Shown: positions 36,644-47,393 of the stretch, piece after piece
Layout: every line of letters starts with the position of its first letter
Numbering within the stretch: the first letter of the stretch is position 1
Origin: Rhodobacterales bacterium
GTDB lineage: Bacteria > Pseudomonadota > Alphaproteobacteria > Rhodobacterales > Rhodobacteraceae
NCBI GenBank assembly: GCA_003228875.1
Contig: QIGK01000093.1
Span: 515 to 64,514 of the forward strand
Length of the DNA stretch: 64,000 nucleotides
Direction: 5' to 3'
The notes under the pieces: model-generated
The model's database searches: none
What the model was told of the DNA's origin: nothing
The model's input: the letters and a program-made list of their open reading frames with translations, nothing else
Made by a program: the position numbers and the translations under genes

Positions 36644-39600
36644 ATGCACAACGATCCAAAGTATATTCATCTGCGGGTTCATTCTGCTTATTCGCTGCTT
36701 GAAGGCGCGATTACGGTCAAAAAATTACCGGATATGTGTTTGGCAGATGATATGCCGGCTGTGGCGGTTGCTGACACAGGAAATATGTTTGGCGCGCTGG
36801 AGTTTTCCGAGATCGCCAGTGCGGCGGGTGTGCAGCCTATCATTGCCTGTCAAATGGACCTTGCCTATCAGGCCGCAACCCGACCGGGAGATCGTGCGCC
36901 CGCGCCTTTGCCCGTGGTGCTTTTGGCCCAGAACCGTGCCGGATACGCCAACCTGATGAAGCTTAACAGCTGTTACTATATGGAATGTGGCGCTGATGCG
37001 CCCCATATTACGCTGGCTCAATTAGCACAATATGTTGAGGGCGTGATCTGCCTGACAGGGGGGGCATTGGGGCCGCTGGGCAAGCTGCTTATTGACGGTC
37101 AAGAAGACAAAGCGCGGTTGCTGACCCAACATCTAAAAGATCTGTTTGAGGATCGGCTTTATATTGAAATTCAGCGTCATCCAACCGCTGGCGGTCGCCG
37201 GACTGATGAGGAACGCAACAGCGAACCGGGGCTTTTGAAGCTGGCTTATGAGTTGGGTGTTCCGCTGGTCGCCACCAATGATGTGTATTTTGCCAAGCCC
37301 GATATGTATGCGGCCCATGACGCGTTGATCTGCATTGCCGACGGCGCTTATGTTGACCAACAAGAGCCGCGCCGCACCTTAACGCCCGAGCATTATTTCA
37401 AAACCCAAAGCCAGATGGTGACCTTGTTTGAGGACTTGCCCGAGGCCATTGAAAACACCGTTGAAATCGCGCGACGCTGCGCGTTTCGCGCCCGCACCCA
37501 TGAACCGATTCTGCCAAAATTTGCTGATGACGAGGTTGAAGAACTGCGCCGTCAAGCCCGTGATGGGCTAAAAGCGCGGCTGGCGGTTATTCCCCATGCG
37601 GCAAGCGTTAAGGAATATGAGGCACGGCTCGATTTTGAATTGGGTGTTATTGAGGGTATGGGCTTTCCGGGGTATTTTCTCATCGTTGCAGATTTTATTC
37701 ATTGGGCCAAAGACCATAACATTCCGGTCGGTCCGGGGCGTGGGTCGGGCGCGGGGTCATTGGTGGCTTATGCGCTGACAATTACTGATATTGACCCGTT
37801 GCGGTATTCGTTGCTGTTTGAGCGGTTCCTGAACCCTGATCGGGTTTCCATGCCCGATTTTGACATTGATTTTTGCATGGATCGCCGCGAAGAAGTCATC
37901 ACTTATGTGCAGGAAAAATACGGGCGCGATCGTGTGGCGCAGATTATTACCTTTGGGGCGTTGCTGTCCAAAGCTGCAATTCGTGATGTCGGGCGGGTGT
38001 TGCAAATGCCTTATATGCAGGTTGACCGCTTGTCGAAATTGATACCGGTTGAGGGTGTCAAACCGATGTCGATTGCCAAGTCACTGATCGAGGAACCGCG
38101 CCTGAAAGTGGCGGCTGAGGAAGAAGAAGTTGTGGCGCGGTTGCTGGATTATGCCCAACAGCTTGAGGGGCTGTTGCGCAATGCCTCTACCCACGCGGCG
38201 GGTGTGGTGATTGGTGATCGACCCATTGATGAGTTGGTGCCAATTTACAAAGACCCGAGATCAGACATGCCGGCCACGCAATTCAATATGAAATGGGTCG
38301 AACCGGCGGGGCTGGTGAAATATGACTTTTTGGGGCTGAAAACCCTGACCGTCATTCAGGGCGCCATTGATCTGCTAAAAACGCGGGATGTTAAGGTCGA
38401 TATTGGTGCAATTCCGCTGGACGATGAAAAAACTTATGATCTGTATGCAAGCGCCAAAACCGTTGGCGTGTTTCAGGTGGAAAGTTCGGGCATGATGGAC
38501 GCTTTGCGCCAGATGAAACCGACATCTATTGAGGATATCGTGGCGCTGGTGGCTTTGTATCGACCCGGCCCGATGGAAAATATCCCGAAATTCTGTAAAG
38601 TTAAGAACGGGTTAGAGGAACGAGATTTGATGCATCCCTCAATTGATCATCTTCTAGACGAAACGCAGGGCATTATTGTTTACCAAGAACAAGTGATGCA
38701 GATCGCGCAGGAAATGGCGGGATATTCCCTTGGTGGGGCGGATATATTGCGCCGCGCGATGGGTAAAAAAATCGCCTCGGAAATGGCCAAGGAACGGCCA
38801 AAGTTTGAAAAAGGCGCGGCTGATAACGGGGTTGATAAAAAGACTGCCACGCGGGTTTTTGATCTTTTGGCGAAGTTTGCTGACTATGGTTTTAACAAAT
38901 CCCACGCGGCGGCTTATGCGGTGGTTTCTTATCAAACCGCATGGCTGAAAACCAATTATCCGGTCGAATTCATGGCCGCCGCGATGAATTGTGACTTGCA
39001 TTTGACGGACAAGCTGCATGTGTTTTTTGAAGAAGTCAAACGGCTAGAGATCGAGATTATTCCGCCATGCGTCAACCGAAGCAATGCAAAGTTCAGCGTG
39101 GTGGATGGCAAAATTGCCTATGCGCTGGGCGGGCTGAAAAACGTCGGGGTTGAGGCGATGCGGATGATTGAAGTGGCGCGCATTGATGGCCCGTTCAAAG
39201 ACATTTTTGACTTTGCCAAACGGGTGGATATGAAACGGGTTGGCAAGCGCCCAATTGAAATGCTGGCGCGGTCCGGCGCGTTTGATTTGCTGGATAGCAA
39301 CCGGCGTAAAGTGCTAGAAAGCGTGGATGCGCTGGTGGCTTATTCGGCGGCGTGCCATGATGATAAAAACTCAAACCAGCACAGTCTGTTTGGCGATGGC
39401 GGCGAAGATTTACCAGTGCCGCGCTTGCCAATGCCCGAGGTCTGGTTGCCAACAGAGCGTTTGGCCCAAGAACACCAAGCCATCGGGTTTTACCTGTCGG
39501 GACACCCTTTGGATGATTATGTCGGGCCGCTTAAACGCCAGCGGCCTCCGGTCTTGACTTACGGTGAATTGGTGCAAAAATCGGCGGGCATGGCAGCGGT

Positions 39601-40090
39601 TGTTGCCAAAATCGCTGGCACGATTTCGGGGGTGCAAACCCGAAAATCTGCGCGCGGTAACCGATTTGCCTTTATGCAATTATCCGACCCGACCGGCATG
39701 TATGAGGTCACGGTTTTTTCCGATGTTCTTGAATCAGCCGGTGATCTGCTGAGCGTTGGTCAAAACGTGGTGCTGTCGGTTGAGGCAAAAGTAGAGGGTG
39801 ACCAGCTGAAAATGTTGGCGCGCGGCGTTATCCCAATTGACAGCGAGGTAGCAGGCGCCGCCGCCAAAGGTTTGACGGTTTATGTCAATGACAAGGCCGC
39901 AATGCCCAGCCTTGCATCGTTGCTGGCGCGCGATGCCAAGGGCGCAAAAGGCCCGATAAACCTGATATTGCTGGACCCAACCCTGCCGGGCGATGTGGAA
40001 ATCAGCCTGCCGGGCAATTACCCGATGAGCCCGCAGGTGAAATCGGCGCTCAAAAGCATTGGTGGTGTGGTCACGGTTGAGGAATTTTAA
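36644..40090 (+). CDS. dnaE: DNA polymerase III subunit alpha
   Basis: 1148 aa from ATG 36644. PHP domain start YIHLRVHSAYSLLEGA, GPGRGSGAGSLVAYAL, PDFDIDF, FNKSHAAAY, and a C-terminal OB fold. Confidence 0.97.
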   Translation: MHNDPKYIHLRVHSAYSLLEGAITVKKLPDMCLADDMPAVAVADTGNMFGALEFSEIASAAGVQPIIACQMDLAYQAATRPGDRAPAPLPVVLLAQNRAGYANLMKLNSCYYMECGADAPHITLAQLAQYVEGVICLTGGALGPLGKLLIDGQEDKARLLTQHLKDLFEDRLYIEIQRHPTAGGRRTDEERNSEPGLLKLAYELGVPLVATNDVYFAKPDMYAAHDALICIADGAYVDQQEPRRTLTPEHYFKTQSQMVTLFEDLPEAIENTVEIARRCAFRARTHEPILPKFADDEVEELRRQARDGLKARLAVIPHAASVKEYEARLDFELGVIEGMGFPGYFLIVADFIHWAKDHNIPVGPGRGSGAGSLVAYALTITDIDPLRYSLLFERFLNPDRVSMPDFDIDFCMDRREEVITYVQEKYGRDRVAQIITFGALLSKAAIRDVGRVLQMPYMQVDRLSKLIPVEGVKPMSIAKSLIEEPRLKVAAEEEEVVARLLDYAQQLEGLLRNASTHAAGVVIGDRPIDELVPIYKDPRSDMPATQFNMKWVEPAGLVKYDFLGLKTLTVIQGAIDLLKTRDVKVDIGAIPLDDEKTYDLYASAKTVGVFQVESSGMMDALRQMKPTSIEDIVALVALYRPGPMENIPKFCKVKNGLEERDLMHPSIDHLLDETQGIIVYQEQVMQIAQEMAGYSLGGADILRRAMGKKIASEMAKERPKFEKGAADNGVDKKTATRVFDLLAKFADYGFNKSHAAAYAVVSYQTAWLKTNYPVEFMAAAMNCDLHLTDKLHVFFEEVKRLEIEIIPPCVNRSNAKFSVVDGKIAYALGGLKNVGVEAMRMIEVARIDGPFKDIFDFAKRVDMKRVGKRPIEMLARSGAFDLLDSNRRKVLESVDALVAYSAACHDDKNSNQHSLFGDGGEDLPVPRLPMPEVWLPTERLAQEHQAIGFYLSGHPLDDYVGPLKRQRPPVLTYGELVQKSAGMAAVVAKIAGTISGVQTRKSARGNRFAFMQLSDPTGMYEVTVFSDVLESAGDLLSVGQNVVLSVEAKVEGDQLKMLARGVIPIDSEVAGAAAKGLTVYVNDKAAMPSLASLLARDAKGAKGPINLILLDPTLPGDVEISLPGNYPMSPQVKSALKSIGGVVTVEEF

Positions 40091-40875
40091 GGTTTGACTG
40101 GGTCAGGATAAGGCCGTGTAAAAATGTATTTTTCTGATGAGGATATTTTGGCTGCAAAAGAATAACCACCAGCACTGAAATCCTTGATGTCACCCGGCGT
40201 TTCAACACGGTTTTTCACCACAAACCGCGCCATTGCGCCGCGTGCGTGTTTGGCAAAAAAGCTGACGATTTTATCTTCTCCGTCGCGGGTTTCCATAAAA
40301 ACCGGCGTGATGATTGCGGGCTTTAACGCGCTTGTATCCACCGCAGTAAAATATTCAACCGAGGCGCAATTCAGCAAGAATTTGGTATCGTTTTCCGTGG
40401 CCAATTCATTTAGCGCCACGGCCAGACGTTTGCCCCAATATTGATACAAGGATTTGCCGCGCCGTGTTGCCAGACGGCTGCCCATTTCAAGGCGATAGGG
40501 TTGTATCTGGTCCAGCGGGCGCAGCAATCCGTAAAGTCCTGATAAAATCCGCAATCGGGATTGGGCATAGCGCAATTCATCTTCTTCAAGGGTTTTTGCC
40601 TCCAACCCTTGATAGGTATCGCCTGCAAAAACCAGCGCGGCGGGTTTGATCTGGTCTGGTTCAGGAAATTCCTCAAATGCCTTAAAACGGTCTTGGTTCA
40701 GCTTGGCCAGCGGTTGGCTGATGTCCATCAGCTTGCGCAGTTTGGCCACGCTAAGGCGGCGCGCCGTGCGGCTTAGGCTATAGGCATCGGACTGGAAATC
40801 CGGAAAAGTGGGTTCGATCAGGGGCGCGTCAACGCTGTAGTCAAGTTTTTTAGCTGGGGAAATTACGGTGATCAT
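40087..40875 (-). CDS. yaaA: Peroxide stress protein YaaA (DUF328/UPF0246)
   Basis: 262 aa. MITVISPAKKLDY start and GLYGLLRPLDQIQPYRLEM motif. Its stop codon overlaps the dnaE stop (convergent). Confidence 0.9.
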   Translation of the reverse strand: MITVISPAKKLDYSVDAPLIEPTFPDFQSDAYSLSRTARRLSVAKLRKLMDISQPLAKLNQDRFKAFEEFPEPDQIKPAALVFAGDTYQGLEAKTLEEDELRYAQSRLRILSGLYGLLRPLDQIQPYRLEMGSRLATRRGKSLYQYWGKRLAVALNELATENDTKFLLNCASVEYFTAVDTSALKPAIITPVFMETRDGEDKIVSFFAKHARGAMARFVVKNRVETPGDIKDFSAGGYSFAAKISSSEKYIFTRPYPDPVKP

Positions 40876-40892
40876 CTAAACGCCCTTTTATT

Positions 40893-42080
40893 TTATAGCA
40901 ACTTACGGGGTAATTTACGGGGCGACAAGCTGTGCAATGTCATCCAGCTTAGGATAACCAGCGGGATACCGATACCAAAGGAATATCGAATGCCGATATG
41001 CTCTGCAATTACACCCAAAAGAGCGGGGGCAATCAGAAAGGTGATAAACGAAAGCTGCGCCAAGGCTGCAACATTTGTGGCGGCAGGGCGGTCAGTGCGC
41101 TGGGCGGCTGCAGACATCGCCAGCGGAAAAATCACACTATTGCCAATACCAAGCAAGGCGAACCCCAGTAACGCAGTCATCGGATCGATCGAAAAGGTCA
41201 CCAATATCACCCCAAAGCCCATGGTAACAATCGAGGCGCGTGCGATGGCAACGGGGCCAAATTTTTCAACATAGCCGTCTGCAAAAAAACGGGTCACCGC
41301 TTGGGTAAATGCCCCCAATGCCAAGGCCATACCGCTGATGAATGGCACGGTATTATAAGTATCACGCATAAAAATAACGGACCAGTCGATGCCTGCGCCT
41401 TCCAGCAGCATCGCCGAAAGCGTAAATGCTACCAGCATCAAAATACCGCGGGTTGGCATGATAAATTTTGAAACCGAACCCGAAGTCGTGCCACGCGGTG
41501 GAAAAGGCTGGTAATTTCGCAGGACAAAAATGCTTGCGATGGTGGTGATCATAAACATGCTAAAAAGATGGACAGATGGTGAAATATCGATTTGCGCGAC
41601 GATGGCACCGATCATGGCCGATACAAAGAATCCGAAGCTCCAAAAAGCATGGGCGCGGTTCATAATGCGTCGTTTGATGCGATACTCGGCGCGGTCGGCC
41701 TCTAGGTTTACCACGATTTCCATGCCGCCGATACCCAGACCGCCAAGCACAAGCAGGGCAAAAAACCAAAGCGGCGAGGTGCCCGTCGATGCGGCAAATT
41801 CGGCCAGCCCAAGCACTGGCACGCCGATCAACATAATTTTGCGAAAGCCCAGCTTTTCAACCAGTTTGCCGCCAAATATCAATGCAATTTGCGCCCCGAG
41901 CGGCACACCCATCAAGGCAAGGCCAAGGGTGGCTTCACCGATACCCATTTGAATTTGCAAATCACCGAGGCGCGGAAAAATAGCGCCAAGCGTTGCGGAG
42001 TATACAAAGAATGCAAAGTAGATTTTGAAATGTGAATGATCTTGATAACCCAAAGCGAACCTCGAAATGTTTGCGACCAT
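40893..42080 (-). CDS. MFS transporter
   Basis: 395 aa with about 12 TM helices and MFS-like loop motifs. No substrate can be assigned. Confidence 0.83.
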   Translation of the reverse strand: MVANISRFALGYQDHSHFKIYFAFFVYSATLGAIFPRLGDLQIQMGIGEATLGLALMGVPLGAQIALIFGGKLVEKLGFRKIMLIGVPVLGLAEFAASTGTSPLWFFALLVLGGLGIGGMEIVVNLEADRAEYRIKRRIMNRAHAFWSFGFFVSAMIGAIVAQIDISPSVHLFSMFMITTIASIFVLRNYQPFPPRGTTSGSVSKFIMPTRGILMLVAFTLSAMLLEGAGIDWSVIFMRDTYNTVPFISGMALALGAFTQAVTRFFADGYVEKFGPVAIARASIVTMGFGVILVTFSIDPMTALLGFALLGIGNSVIFPLAMSAAAQRTDRPAATNVAALAQLSFITFLIAPALLGVIAEHIGIRYSFGIGIPLVILSWMTLHSLSPRKLPRKLL

Positions 42081-42376
42081 ATAGCCGAACGGCCGTGAGA
42101 AATTCCACCAATTTTGTGATCAAGTAACGGGAGTTTACAATAAATAAATATTACTCAAGTGCCTTATGCGAGCCAGCGCAGTTTCTGCTGTATTGGCGCT
42201 GCCTATGGGCACAATTTTAACGCTGGTATTTGCCCAGCGTCACAGAAATGTTTTGCCTACGGCATCAATGGAATGCTGCGACACCGGGCTTGTTTAGGAA
42301 ATAGATATTGGCGGTCAATGGCGAAAGTTACCCATCGACAGTATTTAGCGCCAACATATGTGGTCGACTTGAAAAC

Positions 42377-42411
42377 AAAAACGGCGGCAAAGATATCTTT
42401 GCCGCCGTTTT
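42377..42411 (-). terminator. cspA terminator (palindromic, potentially bidirectional)
   Basis: AAAACGGCGGCAAAG-atatc-TTTGCCGCCGTTTT. On the minus strand it is followed by TTTTTGTTTTC, 20 nt after the cspA stop. Confidence 0.78.
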
Positions 42412-42431
42412 CTATTTTGGATATGAAAGGT

Positions 42432-42641
42432 CTACTCGATCAGGGAAATATCGCTTGCGGATTCTTTACCGTTGCGACCGGTTTCCATTTCATAGGTAAC
42501 TTTTTGGTTGTCGTTCAAGCCATTCAGGCCCGCACGTTCAACAGCAGAAATGTGCACAAACACGTCTTTTCCGCCATCGTCGGGTTGAATAAAGCCATAG
42601 CCTTTGGTTCCGTTAAACCATTTGACGGTGCCAGTTGCCAT
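42432..42641 (-). CDS. cspA: Cold-shock protein, CspA family
   Basis: 69 aa from ATG 42641. RNP1/RNP2 motifs KGYGFI and VFVHIS in MATGTVKWFNGTKGYGFIQPDDGGKDVFVHISAV. Confidence 0.93.
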   Translation of the reverse strand: MATGTVKWFNGTKGYGFIQPDDGGKDVFVHISAVERAGLNGLNDNQKVTYEMETGRNGKESASDISLIE

Positions 42642-42840
42642 CCGTCTTCTCCTTATATTAGGCCACCCACACAATGCGGTGGCTTGGTGCAGATAGGGTC
42701 TTAATATTGTTACCGACAGTCTGCATAAGGCGTCAGCGGAACGCGTGAAAGACTCACTTCACAGGGCAATTAGACTGATGTAATCTTAGAAAGCAAGTTT
42801 TTTGAGCCCAAAAGCCGCATTTTTGCCGCATTTATGCGCA

Positions 42841-44091
42841 CTATTCGATAAAAATAGCACGAAAGTCGTTTACATTGGTGCCGGTTGGGCCTGTCATGAA
42901 TAGATCACCCGCTGCGTGCAGCGCACGCCATGCATCGTTGTTTCCCAGCAAACTGACAGGATCAAATCCGGCCGAGCGAATTTTTTGCGCGGTGTTGCCA
43001 TCTGCAAACCCGCCAGCATTGTCTTCGGAGCCATCTATACCGTCTGTATCAGCGGCCAGACAATGAATGCCCGAAATGCCGTCGATTTCCAAAGCAAAAG
43101 ACAACAGAAATTCTGAATTTCGCCCACCTTTACCGTTGCCTTCCAAGGTTACCGTGGTTTCACCGCCTGACAAAAGCAAAACCGGTTTTTCAAAGGGCTG
43201 GTTGTTGCGTGATATTTCACGGGCAATTGCAGCGTGCATTTTTGCGGATTCCCGCGCCTCGCCTTCAATTGAATCTGAAAGGATAACACAGGTTAGCGGC
43301 GCGGATTTTTGGGCAGCCTGCAACGAAATCGCGGCAGACGCGATCACATGCACTTCATTATTGGCAAAAACAATATCGTCAGGGGATGGTGCGTCTGCCT
43401 TTGGACTGACCAGATGAGATAGAATGGATTTGGGCAGTGACAGCCGGTATTGCCGGATAACATCCAGCGCATCCTTGCGGGTTGACTGGTCTGGCACCGT
43501 CGGGCCAGAAGCCACAAAAGCGGCGATGTCGCCGGGAATATCCGAAACCATCAATGTCACAACCTTGGCTGGTGCTGCCAAAGCTGCCAACCGGCCGCCT
43601 TTGATGTTGGATACATGTTTGCGCAGGGTGTTCATTTTTGAAATAGGTGCGCCCGACGCAAGCAATGCCTCGTTCATAGCGATTTCATCCGTCAAGGAAA
43701 TGCCACCCGGCGGGCAGGGCAACAATGCAGAACCGCCGCCACAAACCAATGCAATCACCAGATCGTCTTTTGACAAGGATTGAACCGCTTTTTGCAAGCG
43801 TTTGCCAGCTTCTAAGCCTGCTTTGTCGGGCACAGGGTGCGCCGCCTCGATGACTTCGATATTTTTGCAAACCGCGCCATAGCCATATCGGGTTACAACG
43901 ACCCCTTCCAGCGGCCCTTGCCAATGTTTTTCAACAGCTTGTGCCAATTGGGCGGCGCCTTTGCCCGCGCCAATAACAACAGTGCGGCCTTTGGGTTTTG
44001 CTGGCAGAAACGCAGCGATAGAATTATCCGGCAGCGCGGCTGCAACTGCTTTTTCAAACAAACCGGTCAGAATTTCACGTGGTTCCATCAC
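42841..44091 (-). CDS. Glycerate 2-kinase / hydroxypyruvate reductase-like protein (DUF4147 plus MOFRL)
   Basis: 416 aa. VIGAGKGAAQLA, CGGGSALL, LLSGGETTV and TDGIDG segments of the TtuD/GckA family. Confidence 0.87.
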   Translation of the reverse strand: MMEPREILTGLFEKAVAAALPDNSIAAFLPAKPKGRTVVIGAGKGAAQLAQAVEKHWQGPLEGVVVTRYGYGAVCKNIEVIEAAHPVPDKAGLEAGKRLQKAVQSLSKDDLVIALVCGGGSALLPCPPGGISLTDEIAMNEALLASGAPISKMNTLRKHVSNIKGGRLAALAAPAKVVTLMVSDIPGDIAAFVASGPTVPDQSTRKDALDVIRQYRLSLPKSILSHLVSPKADAPSPDDIVFANNEVHVIASAAISLQAAQKSAPLTCVILSDSIEGEARESAKMHAAIAREISRNNQPFEKPVLLLSGGETTVTLEGNGKGGRNSEFLLSFALEIDGISGIHCLAADTDGIDGSEDNAGGFADGNTAQKIRSAGFDPVSLLGNNDAWRALHAAGDLFMTGPTGTNVNDFRAIFIE

Positions 44092-45359
44092 CCGTTATCC
44101 TGCAATACCTGACCCGCCAGATATAGCGAGCCACAGATTAATATCCGCGCATTCGGGGCCAATTTTACAATCTGCTGAATGGCTGAAAGCACATCTTCCG
44201 CGATCACGGTCTGCATGTCTGCTGCGTCAGCGGCTTTTGCGGTGTCTTTGGCGCTCAGGGTGGCGGGCTCACCTTTGATGGAAACTGCAAAAAGCTGATC
44301 AATCAAAGGTGCAAGTGGCGCTAGATAGCCGCCAATATCTTTGGTGTTTAACATGCCGCAAATCATAAATAACGGTCGGTCGGACAGCCTGCCAAGCGCC
44401 TCGGCAATGGCCAGTCCTGCGGCGGGGTTATGGCCGCCATCCAGCCACAGTTCGGCCTGATTGGCGGCCTTTACCAACGGGCCATTGCGCAAATGTTGCA
44501 TCCGCGCGGGCCAAATTGCGTTTGTTATTGCCGCTTCACAAGCGACATCATCCATGCTCAACACCCGCAGCGCGGCAATAGCAGCGCCCGCGTTTTGAAC
44601 CTGATGCGCGCCGATCAATGCGGGCAAAGGCAAGTCGAGCAATCCGGATTCGTCTTGAAAAACCAACCTGCCGTTTTCTTCCCAGACATGCCAATCTTGG
44701 CCATGCACCAGTAACCGCGCGCCGGTTTTTTCGGCTTCGGCTTCGATAACCGCCAAACCGGCATCGGTTTGCGGCCCAACAATGCAAGGCACGCCGCGTT
44801 TCAATATGCCTGCTTTTTCAGCGGCGATTTCCTCAATGGTTTCGCCAAGGTATCCGGTGTGGTCAATGGATACGGGGGTAATGATGCAAAGCCGAGGTGT
44901 TTCGATAATATTGGTGGCATCCAACCTGCCGCCTAGGCCGACTTCCAGCAATGTAAAATCCGCCTGAACGCGCGAAAACGCCAAAATCGCCGCGCAGGTG
45001 GTGATTTCAAAATAAGTGATTGTGGTTGGGCCGTTGGCTTGTTCACATTCTGCCAATATTTTGATCAAGTCGGGTTCGGATATGATTTTACCAGCCAGCA
45101 CAATACGTTCATGAAACCGCGCCAGATGTGGCGAGGTATAGGCGTGAACGCGTTTTTTTGAGGCTTCCAGCCCGGCGCGCAGCATTGCTTGGGTTGACCC
45201 TTTGCCGTTGGTTCCGGCAATATGAATAACGGGTGGCAAATGGCGTTCGGGGTTTTCCAGCGCTGCCAAAAGCCGCCACATGCGGTCCAGCGTCAGGTCG
45301 ATTATTTTGGGGTGCAGCGCGTTCATGCGTTCCAGAATGACGTCGCTTTTTTGGCTCAC
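44088..45359 (-). CDS. folC: Bifunctional folylpolyglutamate synthase / dihydrofolate synthase
   Basis: 423 aa. P-loop HIAGTNGKGST, plus EVGLGGRLDATN and DGGHNP. Confidence 0.93.
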   Translation of the reverse strand: MSQKSDVILERMNALHPKIIDLTLDRMWRLLAALENPERHLPPVIHIAGTNGKGSTQAMLRAGLEASKKRVHAYTSPHLARFHERIVLAGKIISEPDLIKILAECEQANGPTTITYFEITTCAAILAFSRVQADFTLLEVGLGGRLDATNIIETPRLCIITPVSIDHTGYLGETIEEIAAEKAGILKRGVPCIVGPQTDAGLAVIEAEAEKTGARLLVHGQDWHVWEENGRLVFQDESGLLDLPLPALIGAHQVQNAGAAIAALRVLSMDDVACEAAITNAIWPARMQHLRNGPLVKAANQAELWLDGGHNPAAGLAIAEALGRLSDRPLFMICGMLNTKDIGGYLAPLAPLIDQLFAVSIKGEPATLSAKDTAKAADAADMQTVIAEDVLSAIQQIVKLAPNARILICGSLYLAGQVLQDNG

Positions 45360-46291
45360 GCTTTTGCCTCTTCCGGCTTTTTTGGCTCGGCTTCAGGTTC
45401 AGGTTCAGCAACCGGGGCCGGAAGATCACCGGCAATAGGCGGGGTTTCTTTCATCAGCATGCGCAAAATGGAAACCAGTTCCGATTTCATTTTCAGGCGG
45501 TGGGTCACACGGTCCAACATGCCATGGTCCAGCAAGTATTCCGCCCGCTGAAAGCCTTCGGGCAGTTTTTCACCAATGGTTTGTTCGATCACCCGCGAAC
45601 CGGCAAACCCGATCAGGGCGTTGGGTTCAGCGATATGAATATCGCCGAGCATCGCATAAGAGGCCGTAACCCCGCCGGTGGTCGGATGGGTCAAAACAAC
45701 CACATAAGGCAGGCCTGCTTCTTTCAACATTTGCAGCGCCACGGTGGTGCGGGGCATTTGCATCAAGGAAAGAATGCCCTCTTGCATCCGCGCGCCACCT
45801 GCTGCGGAAAACAGCACTAATGGGCATTTTCGCTGCACGGAAGCCTCAACCGCGGCGATGATGGCATTGCCGACATACATGCCCATAGAGCCGCCCATAA
45901 ATTTGAAATTTTGGCCAGCCGCAATGATTTTCAAACGGCCAATATCGCCTTCGGCCACCAACATTGCGTCATGTTCATTGGTCTTTTTACGGGCCTCGCG
46001 CATCCGGTCAGTGTATTTCTTTTGATCTCTGAAATTTAGCGGATCCATTATTGGATCATCAACAGAGATTTCCGAAAATATGCCGCCGTCAAACAAAGAC
46101 AAAAACCGGTCACGCGGATTGATATGCATGTGATGATCACAGTTTGGGCAAGTGTTCAGCGCGTCAGCCAATTCGCGGTGAAACAACATGGTGCCGCATT
46201 CGTCACATTTGGTCCACAGGTTGTCCGGCACTTCGCGTCTGGAAAAAAGCGAATTAATTTTTGGCCGGACGTAGTTTGAAATCCAATTCAT
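45356..46291 (-). CDS. accD: Acetyl-CoA carboxylase carboxyltransferase subunit beta
   Basis: 311 aa. Zinc ribbon CDECGTMLF...CPNCDHH, the GGSMG and GGARMQEG motifs, and a Pro/Glu/Ala-rich tail. 4-nt overlap with folC. Confidence 0.95.
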   Translation of the reverse strand: MNWISNYVRPKINSLFSRREVPDNLWTKCDECGTMLFHRELADALNTCPNCDHHMHINPRDRFLSLFDGGIFSEISVDDPIMDPLNFRDQKKYTDRMREARKKTNEHDAMLVAEGDIGRLKIIAAGQNFKFMGGSMGMYVGNAIIAAVEASVQRKCPLVLFSAAGGARMQEGILSLMQMPRTTVALQMLKEAGLPYVVVLTHPTTGGVTASYAMLGDIHIAEPNALIGFAGSRVIEQTIGEKLPEGFQRAEYLLDHGMLDRVTHRLKMKSELVSILRMLMKETPPIAGDLPAPVAEPEPEAEPKKPEEAKA

Positions 46292-46352
46292 TACGGTATT
46301 TCCCTGTTGCTGCTTTGGAATAAATAAGCTGCGCCTTGCAGGAATGCAACAT

Positions 46353-47264
46353 TCAACGGCGTTGGCGTATCACCAAAAGGTAAATCAGATAAGCCACCAA
46401 CGTCATACCTATGGATGTCAAAAAATGAACGCGCGTCGCGTCTATGTTTTGCAGATCATTTGGACTTAGAAAAAGGCTGAGGTTTGACAGAACTCCGGCT
46501 TTGCCAAACAAGAGGATATTATAAAAATTATTGGCAAAATGAATGGCAATTGCAATCGTTAAATTACCGGTTCGAATGGTAATATCAGCAAGGATCAACC
46601 CAAAAATAAACGCGCTAAGGACAACCAGCCAAGCATTCGCGCCATAAATTATGGGGTTATAGTGCAGCAGCCCAAACAACAGCGATGGCCCAAGCCACCA
46701 CACCCATTTTGACCTGAAAATTACCGAAAATTGTTGTAAAAGATAGCCGCGAAAAATCAGTTCTTCGGCTGTGACTTGCAGCAATATCAACCCTGTGGCC
46801 GGGATCAGCCAGATAATCCAGACAGACAAATCGAGCTGTTGCGAAAAGTATCCGCCGACAAAACTTGGCAATTCCAGCGCCACCCAAAGCACAAGAATAA
46901 ATGCAAAAACCATGGTGAAAACACGTAAGCTGATGCCTTCGATTGGCCCAATCAAAGTGCTTATGCCGCGCCTGTGGACAATCCAAAGCATCAGCCAAAG
47001 TATAGGCAGCAAAAGGCCTATTATTCCCAAATTAACCAATACTGATCGCTTTGAGCTTTGCAGGGAAATCTCGTCAAACAATGCTGCCAAATTGCCGGCT
47101 TCAGAATTGTTCAGCAATGCTGCTCCGATTATGGCAATTAAATAAAAGATTAGAATGACCAACGCCATAAAAACCAAAATACCAAAACCTGTTCGCCACG
47201 CCTCTGCGCGCATTTGGACAGGTTCGGTATAGCGGGCAAATTTAGCGTTGCGTTCGGGCAGCAT
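46353..47264 (-). CDS. CPBP-family intramembrane glutamic endopeptidase (CAAX protease-like)
   Basis: 303 aa polytopic protein. EELIFRGYLL, FGLLH and IAIHFANN motifs. Confidence 0.85.
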   Translation of the reverse strand: MLPERNAKFARYTEPVQMRAEAWRTGFGILVFMALVILIFYLIAIIGAALLNNSEAGNLAALFDEISLQSSKRSVLVNLGIIGLLLPILWLMLWIVHRRGISTLIGPIEGISLRVFTMVFAFILVLWVALELPSFVGGYFSQQLDLSVWIIWLIPATGLILLQVTAEELIFRGYLLQQFSVIFRSKWVWWLGPSLLFGLLHYNPIIYGANAWLVVLSAFIFGLILADITIRTGNLTIAIAIHFANNFYNILLFGKAGVLSNLSLFLSPNDLQNIDATRVHFLTSIGMTLVAYLIYLLVIRQRR

Positions 47265-47393
47265 CGGATGGTTTTCCTATTTTTTATAACCTTAAATCGT
47301 CGGGTAAACAACTGCAATGCTTGAGGTTTTAGGACGGTATTGATAAACGGGTATCTGTTGCCCGTTGCGGGCTTTGGCTTAGGGCGGGAATTC

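Noticed and set aside
42159-42704. 181-aa plus-strand ORF spanning the MFS-cspA spacer and the whole cspA gene.
   Set aside because: It runs antisense through a canonical cspA gene and across its terminator palindrome, and it has no Shine-Dalgarno sequence or motifs.
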